A stretch of DNA of 64,000 bases, taken from Candidatus Pyrohabitans jungbluthii (GTDB lineage Archaea; Hydrothermarchaeota; Hydrothermarchaeia; Hydrothermarchaeales; BMS3B). The stretch's first letter is position 1. Each line of letters opens with the position of its first letter. The stretch lies in assembly GCA_002010065.2 (NCBI GenBank), contig MTMD02000002.1, positions 416,001 through 480,000 on the forward strand. Direction: 5' to 3'. Positions 58,686 through 64,000 of the stretch are shown one piece after another. The notes under the pieces were generated by a model. That model ran no database searches, had not been told where the DNA came from, and saw only the letters and a program-made list of their open reading frames with translations. The position numbers and the translations under genes are program-made.

Positions 58686-59446
58686 TCGCTGCTAAGGTCT
58701 TCGCCGCCGTACAGCACCTGCTGCACCTCGTTGTACAGGTCAGGAATACCCTCGCCCGTCTCTGCAGAGGTGGGTATCAGAGGCTTGTAGGCGTCCATTA
58801 TCTCCAGGGCTCGGAATAGCTCCACATTGAGGTTCGCAGTTAGCGAACCCTGAGCAATCAAGTCGTCGTACAGCACATTGGGGTCGCTGCCCCACTCCAA
58901 AATCCGCTCCATTTCTTCTCTCGCGAGAAGGTCAACCTTGCTCAGTGCCGTCACGCAGGGTAAATCAAGACGGAACTGCGCAGAGAGGCTCTGCAGCACC
59001 AGAGAGATAAAGCCTTGCGGAGTTTTCGCAAGCGCTGGGTCGAAGAGGTATGCGAGAACGGCGCTATCCTTGCCCAAGGTTTCGACGACAACGTGGCTGG
59101 AGCTTCGCAGGGTGAACAACTCCATTTGCCCGGGGGTATCTATCAGGTAGTACTCGGTTACAAACTCGTCGAGAGCTTCCTTAATCTCATTGATTTTCAA
59201 TGCCAGTAAATCGGCAGCGACGATCTGCGCGCCGTTGGGGCCCACGCCGTACTCGCGCATGACATCGTCTAGATTAATCCACTCTCTCACGTCCACGTCT
59301 GGAGCGTAGGGAAGCCACTCAACGCCCGGGTCGAGATTAACCGTAACCACGTCGTAGCCATAGGTCTGCATCCAGTTTTTAAAGGCACTCGTGAGGGCGC
59401 TCTTCCCGCAGCCTGCGTTGCCTATGAAGTAGAGGTAGGCGGGCAT
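58682..59446 (-). CDS. GPN-loop GTPase
   Basis: GNAGCGKS, VNLDPG, GPNG, DTPGQMELF, SKVD. Confidence 0.93.
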   Translation of the reverse strand: MPAYLYFIGNAGCGKSALTSAFKNWMQTYGYDVVTVNLDPGVEWLPYAPDVDVREWINLDDVMREYGVGPNGAQIVAADLLALKINEIKEALDEFVTEYYLIDTPGQMELFTLRSSSHVVVETLGKDSAVLAYLFDPALAKTPQGFISLVLQSLSAQFRLDLPCVTALSKVDLLAREEMERILEWGSDPNVLYDDLIAQGSLTANLNVELFRALEIMDAYKPLIPTSAETGEGIPDLYNEVQQVLYGGEDLSSD

Positions 59447-59521
59447 AGCTTTTAGTCTACTCCACGCCTTATGAACTTTGCTCCGGTAACCTTAAATATC
59501 ACCATTGCCATGCCTTAAGCG

Positions 59522-60946
59522 ATGAAGCGCCTGGTTATGAAGTTCGGTGGCACCAGCGTGGGCAGCGCTGAGCGCATAGCGAGAGTTGCCAAGCTGGTGA
59601 AAGAATTCGCAGCACCGGAGACGATTGTGGTGACCAGTGCAATGAGCGGCGTCACAGATCGTCTGGTGGAGATAGCCGAGAGAGTGGCTCAGGGTATAGA
59701 AGAGGAGCACATCCATGAGTTTGTCGCCTACATGCGGGAGAAGCACATAAGCACAGCACAGGAGGTAGCGAGGGAGGAAGAAATTCCGGAGCTGAAGGCG
59801 GAAATAGAGCGTCTGCTGAGCGAGCTGGAGAAGATACTTGTGGGTATCTCCTACGTGGGCGAGCTGACGCCACGCTCTCTGGATTATGTGCTCTCCTTCG
59901 GTGAGCGCCTGGCTGCGCCTCTTGTGAGTGCTGCGCTGCGTAAAGAGGGGATAAACTCGCGCTGGTACACCGGTTACGAGGCGGGAATAGTTACAGACTC
60001 CAACTTTGGTAGAGCATCGCCCATAATGGACATAACAGAAGAGCGCGTGCGAGAGGTGATAGAGCCCCGCCTGAAGGACACCATACCTGTGGTCACTGGT
60101 TTTATCGCCGGAAACGAGAAGGGTAGGATAACCACCCTTGGTAGAGGCGGCTCCGACTACACAGCGGCGATACTCGGAGCGGTGCTTGATGCAGACGAGA
60201 TATGGATCTGGACGGATGTGGACGGCATTCTTACCACTGACCCTAGGCTGGTGAAGGAGGCTCGGGTAATAGAGGTGCTCTCCTACATCGAAGCTATGGA
60301 GTTAGCGTACTTCGGCGCCAAGGTGCTGCACCCCAAAACCATTGAACCAGCGATGGAAAAGGGCATTCCGGTGCGCGTGAGGAACACCTTTAACCCGGGC
60401 TGCGAGGGTACACTGATAGTGAGTGAGCAGGAGAAGACCAGCGACATAGTTAAGGCGATAAGTGTGATGAAAAACGTAGCTCTGCTCAATATCTCTGGCG
60501 TGGGGATGATAGGCTTACCCGGCGTCGCCTCTCGAGTTTTTACAGCGCTGGCGCAGCAGAAGGTTAACATCCTCATGATCTCCCAGGGTTCAAGCGAGGC
60601 GAACATCTCAATCGTAGTGGAGAAAGGCGATGTGGAGCGTGCTGTGGATGCGCTTCGCGAGGAGTTTCTCGGCGCAAACATCGTTAAGCACGTGCAGTAC
60701 AATGAGGACGTAGCAATAATCGCCGTGGTGGGCGCAGGTATGCGCGGAACTCGAGGAGTAGCGGCGCGGGTTTTCACCGCCGTGGCAAACGCCGGCGTTA
60801 ATGTGCTCATGATAGCCCAGGGCTCAAGTGAGGTGAACATATCATTTGTCATCGCTGGCGAAGACGCTGCGAAGGCTGCAAGAGCGCTGCACGAGGAGTT
60901 CATAACTAAGCGCGGGAGTTCCCCGTCTCGCGAAGCGATAGAGTGA
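59522..60946 (+). CDS. lysC: Aspartate kinase
   Basis: VMKFGGTSV, TTLGRGGSDY, WTDVDG...DPR, two ACT domains. Confidence 0.96.
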   Translation: MKRLVMKFGGTSVGSAERIARVAKLVKEFAAPETIVVTSAMSGVTDRLVEIAERVAQGIEEEHIHEFVAYMREKHISTAQEVAREEEIPELKAEIERLLSELEKILVGISYVGELTPRSLDYVLSFGERLAAPLVSAALRKEGINSRWYTGYEAGIVTDSNFGRASPIMDITEERVREVIEPRLKDTIPVVTGFIAGNEKGRITTLGRGGSDYTAAILGAVLDADEIWIWTDVDGILTTDPRLVKEARVIEVLSYIEAMELAYFGAKVLHPKTIEPAMEKGIPVRVRNTFNPGCEGTLIVSEQEKTSDIVKAISVMKNVALLNISGVGMIGLPGVASRVFTALAQQKVNILMISQGSSEANISIVVEKGDVERAVDALREEFLGANIVKHVQYNEDVAIIAVVGAGMRGTRGVAARVFTAVANAGVNVLMIAQGSSEVNISFVIAGEDAAKAARALHEEFITKRGSSPSREAIE

Positions 60947-60989
60947 CGGAAACCCTAAATATTATATCTGTGATTGCAAACTTTTATCC

Positions 60990-63908
60990 ATGAAGGTATC
61001 GGAGAGGGGATGGCGTGAGTTAGCTGTGGTGTGTGGAATCGTTGTGGTATTCCTTGCGATACGGCTTACCTTCTTGCGATACGGCTTTCTTTACGGCTTT
61101 GACCCCTACTACCACTACCATAACGCAAAGGCTCTGCTTGAAGAGGGCACTGTTCTTCTGCCCTTTGGCTTCTATACTCCGGCGTTACTTCTCTATACAG
61201 TCTTAAAACCCCTTGGCGTAAGCTTCTACGACGCCTTCCGCCTCACCACGCCGGTGGTTGGTGCGCTTACAATTGTGTTCTTCTACCTCCTTGCCAGGGA
61301 GCTATTCGGTGTAAGCGTTGCGAGGCTATCAGCGCTTACTCTGGCGGTGCTTCCAGGCTTCGTTACACGAGCGCTGGCAGGGAATTACCGCGGCGACCTG
61401 TATGCAATGCTCTTTTATGTGGCCGGATTCTTCCTCTTCTTTAAAGCTTTAAAGGCAGCTAACCTTGCGAGGACAGCAGGATTTTCGGTAGCGGCTGGCG
61501 CCGCCTTCGCACTCTCTGCCTTTGTGTGGAGCTCTGGCTACATCTTTGCCATGGCGGTGCTCTCGCTGTTCATACTTGCTCAGGCTTCGACCAGCTTTGC
61601 GCTTGCGGAGCGGGGTAATAAAGCCGCCCACGCCTATTTCCTCTCCTCTCTCACCGGCATCATGCTCATTCTAGCTGCGCAGAAGTTTGAGCTTGCTGTG
61701 GTAAGGGCAGTGGGATTTAAAGACTACTACACCTACATCTTCCCAGCGGTGGCGGCTTATTCTCTGCTTCTAACCTTTACTTCTGACAGGATAAAGGTGG
61801 AGAGCGCTGCTAAGCGAGCCGCCATCCCCAGCTGCATTGCTGCCATAGGTTTAATTGCAGGCTATGCCATCTTTACCACTCCCATCGAAAACCTCATGAA
61901 CATCTACGGGAAGCTCATCAACCCGCAGGTGCTGCGCCCCACGGCTGAGACTGTTAAGGTGGGCTTTCCCATGCTGTGGGAACGCTTCTCCCTGCTCCTC
62001 CTCTTTATCCCTCTGGCGTTTCTGCACATTTTAAGAAAAACTGTCAAAAAACTGCAAGACAATGCAAGCATCTTCCTCCTAGTTTGGTTTGCTGCCGGGG
62101 TATTCATAGTATACAAGGCAGGCCAGCGCGCCATCTTTACCGCCTCTCCCTCAGTTGCGCTGCTGCTGGGAGTTTTTCTTGCAAACTTAAGGACATACCT
62201 GCCCAAGAACCTCGCCCATGCAGCGGTTGCCTTTGCTGTGGGCTTCACTTCAGTCGCTGGGATAACCTTCGCCTCAGATTATGCGCCCATGATAACCCCA
62301 GAGTGGAACGAATCGCTCAGCTGGCTCAAACAGAACACTCCCAGCGACGCGAGAGTGCTCTCCTGGTGGGACTACGGATACTGGATTCTCGCCATAGGGG
62401 AGCGGAGCCCGATTCTTACGCCGAGTAGCTCTGGCAACGCGGTGAAACCTGTGGGGGAGCTTTTGCTGAGCACCAATGAGGGCAAGCTCATAGAGTACAT
62501 GAAGAAGCGGAGGGCGGAGTACCTCCTCCTTCCGACTGACATGGTGGCCCAGGTGCACAACCTGGAGGCGATTTTAAACGTCTCAGACTACCAGTACGTG
62601 TACTTCCCCTTTACGGATGCAGTGCTGCTCTTCAACTCCCCGGCAAGGCTGTACGGCAGCAACCTCTACATTTTAACCACCTCCCAGGGCAAACTGGCGC
62701 TGGTTGAACAGAGTGGTAACTTCTATGCCTTCCGCGACGTTTACTACAGGAAGAAGGGCAAGCTGGTGCACAGGCGCTACACAAGCTCAGAGATCTCCTT
62801 CACCGAGGGCGCAGTGTACATCTCTGACAACGACACAAAGCTGCCGCTGATAGAAAGCTACGAGTACGTGCTGTACATCCCGCCAAAGATGCAGAGTGCG
62901 TTGCTCAACTCTTTTATCCTCCTAGACGGCGAAGGGCTGAGCAATTTCACCCTTGTGTATTCAAACCCAGAGGTCAGGATTTACAAAGCAAGATACGAGC
63001 ACACCTTCGCCTCCATAGTGCCGGAGAGGCGTGCATACAGCGCTGGCGAAGTGGTAACGCTTCTCGCTAAGCTGCGCTCCACTAGACCATTTTCAGGCAC
63101 CATACGCGTAGGTGTGCGCAACCCTGAGGGTGCGCTGGTTTACTATGGTACAGCTAAGATAAACGACTCCACCAACGTGAGCCTTTCCTTCTTCCTGCCT
63201 GCGGATGCAAAGGAGGGGAGGTATAAAGTTTCTGCCTCCCTGCATAACCCCAAGGGCAAGCGGGTTGATTCAACCTCCACGAGCTTCATGGTTAAGGGTA
63301 GAGAAGGGAAGAGCTTCTCCGCGAGCCTTGAGGAGGGCTCCTCAACGCGCGAGCTAATCATCTCGGGCAAACTACCCTCACAGGGTGAGGTGGTGGTGGC
63401 AATTGCAGGGCAGGAGATTAAGAGAGAGTCCACCTCTAGCGACGGAAGCTTCACCGTAGCCATCGAAAAGCCGCGCCTTTTCCGGGGCAGCAATGCCATT
63501 GCACTCTTCACCCCCGACTACGGCTACAGCGCCACCGTCTATGCTGTGGTTCAGGCAGAGCTTGTGAGGGACTTTACGCTGAGCAAGAGCAGGGTCAGGC
63601 GCGGAGAAGAGGTCACAGCAAGATTCGCTGTCAAGAACACCGGCAACCTTGCACTGAAAGGCTACCTCAGCCTGAATCCAAAGGGCAACGCTCCCAAGAG
63701 AATATTCACAGAGGACTTCAACCTACCATATGAACTCAAGCCTGGTGAGGAGGCGGAGTTTACCCACACCTTTACCGTTGCGCAGGATGCTCCCACAGGA
63801 AAGTTCAGGCTCTGGAGAGAGATGCGGGAGGAGAATCTCAAGCTCTGGGTTGCGCCAATGAATAGACATGGGAAGGGGAACTCGGCTTTGCTCGAGGTAG
63901 TGGAGTAA
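60990..63908 (+). CDS. aglB: Oligosaccharyltransferase AglB/STT3-like with long C-terminal Ig-like extension
   Basis: GFDPYYH, multiple TM helices, PTAET, SWWDYGYWI; about 300 extra aa of beta-rich domains. Confidence 0.8.
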   Translation: MKVSERGWRELAVVCGIVVVFLAIRLTFLRYGFLYGFDPYYHYHNAKALLEEGTVLLPFGFYTPALLLYTVLKPLGVSFYDAFRLTTPVVGALTIVFFYLLARELFGVSVARLSALTLAVLPGFVTRALAGNYRGDLYAMLFYVAGFFLFFKALKAANLARTAGFSVAAGAAFALSAFVWSSGYIFAMAVLSLFILAQASTSFALAERGNKAAHAYFLSSLTGIMLILAAQKFELAVVRAVGFKDYYTYIFPAVAAYSLLLTFTSDRIKVESAAKRAAIPSCIAAIGLIAGYAIFTTPIENLMNIYGKLINPQVLRPTAETVKVGFPMLWERFSLLLLFIPLAFLHILRKTVKKLQDNASIFLLVWFAAGVFIVYKAGQRAIFTASPSVALLLGVFLANLRTYLPKNLAHAAVAFAVGFTSVAGITFASDYAPMITPEWNESLSWLKQNTPSDARVLSWWDYGYWILAIGERSPILTPSSSGNAVKPVGELLLSTNEGKLIEYMKKRRAEYLLLPTDMVAQVHNLEAILNVSDYQYVYFPFTDAVLLFNSPARLYGSNLYILTTSQGKLALVEQSGNFYAFRDVYYRKKGKLVHRRYTSSEISFTEGAVYISDNDTKLPLIESYEYVLYIPPKMQSALLNSFILLDGEGLSNFTLVYSNPEVRIYKARYEHTFASIVPERRAYSAGEVVTLLAKLRSTRPFSGTIRVGVRNPEGALVYYGTAKINDSTNVSLSFFLPADAKEGRYKVSASLHNPKGKRVDSTSTSFMVKGREGKSFSASLEEGSSTRELIISGKLPSQGEVVVAIAGQEIKRESTSSDGSFTVAIEKPRLFRGSNAIALFTPDYGYSATVYAVVQAELVRDFTLSKSRVRRGEEVTARFAVKNTGNLALKGYLSLNPKGNAPKRIFTEDFNLPYELKPGEEAEFTHTFTVAQDAPTGKFRLWREMREENLKLWVAPMNRHGKGNSALLEVVE

Positions 63909-63947
63909 CTGCCCAAAACTTATTAACCCCCGTCTCCACCTTTATTT

Positions 63948-64000
63948 ATGCTTGAGGCTCTGCCCTTTGCTGCTCTCTCATTTGCAATAACTTTTCTCGC
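63948..64000 (+). CDS. 5' end of a membrane protein (partial, unidentified)
   Basis: ATG 63948 then hydrophobic MLEALPFAALSFAITFL running off the window; TTATTAA TATA-like upstream. Confidence 0.45.
   Translation, partial: MLEALPFAALSFAITFL

Overview
Archaeal chromosomal window, euryarchaeal in character (histone, GatD/GatE, PriS/PriL/PCNA, CetZ, AglB, Dph5, Trm5, CTP-dependent RibK). A lineage near Thermococci/Methanomada such as Hydrothermarchaeota is only an inference. Most of it is housekeeping: amino-acid, pyrimidine and cofactor biosynthesis, replication and tRNA modification. The less routine parts are: (1) 1-11.5 kb, a three-gene minus-strand operon of large secreted proteins. It comprises a prenyltransferase-repeat/Ig/vWA protein, a 2000-aa Gly-rich/Ig protein, and a >1143-aa transglutaminase-like protein missed by the ORF track whose C-terminal tip resembles that of a polymorphic toxin. 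The operon is GC-mosaic, and a vWA domain appears split across two of the genes. (2) A two-hairpin H/ACA guide RNA at about 12.35-12.5 kb, followed by a decayed membrane-protein pseudogene. (3) An operon with three tubulin/CetZ paralogues around a membrane-anchored protein. (4) A 2.5-kb AT-richer island with three DUF2589-like proteins and a SleB-like peptidoglycan hydrolase, my best candidate for an undescribed (possibly antibacterial) system. (5) A stand-alone bacterial-type NurA-HerA pair. I saw no rRNA, tRNA, CRISPR array, transposase or integrase. All family assignments come from motif recognition by eye, with no database searches.
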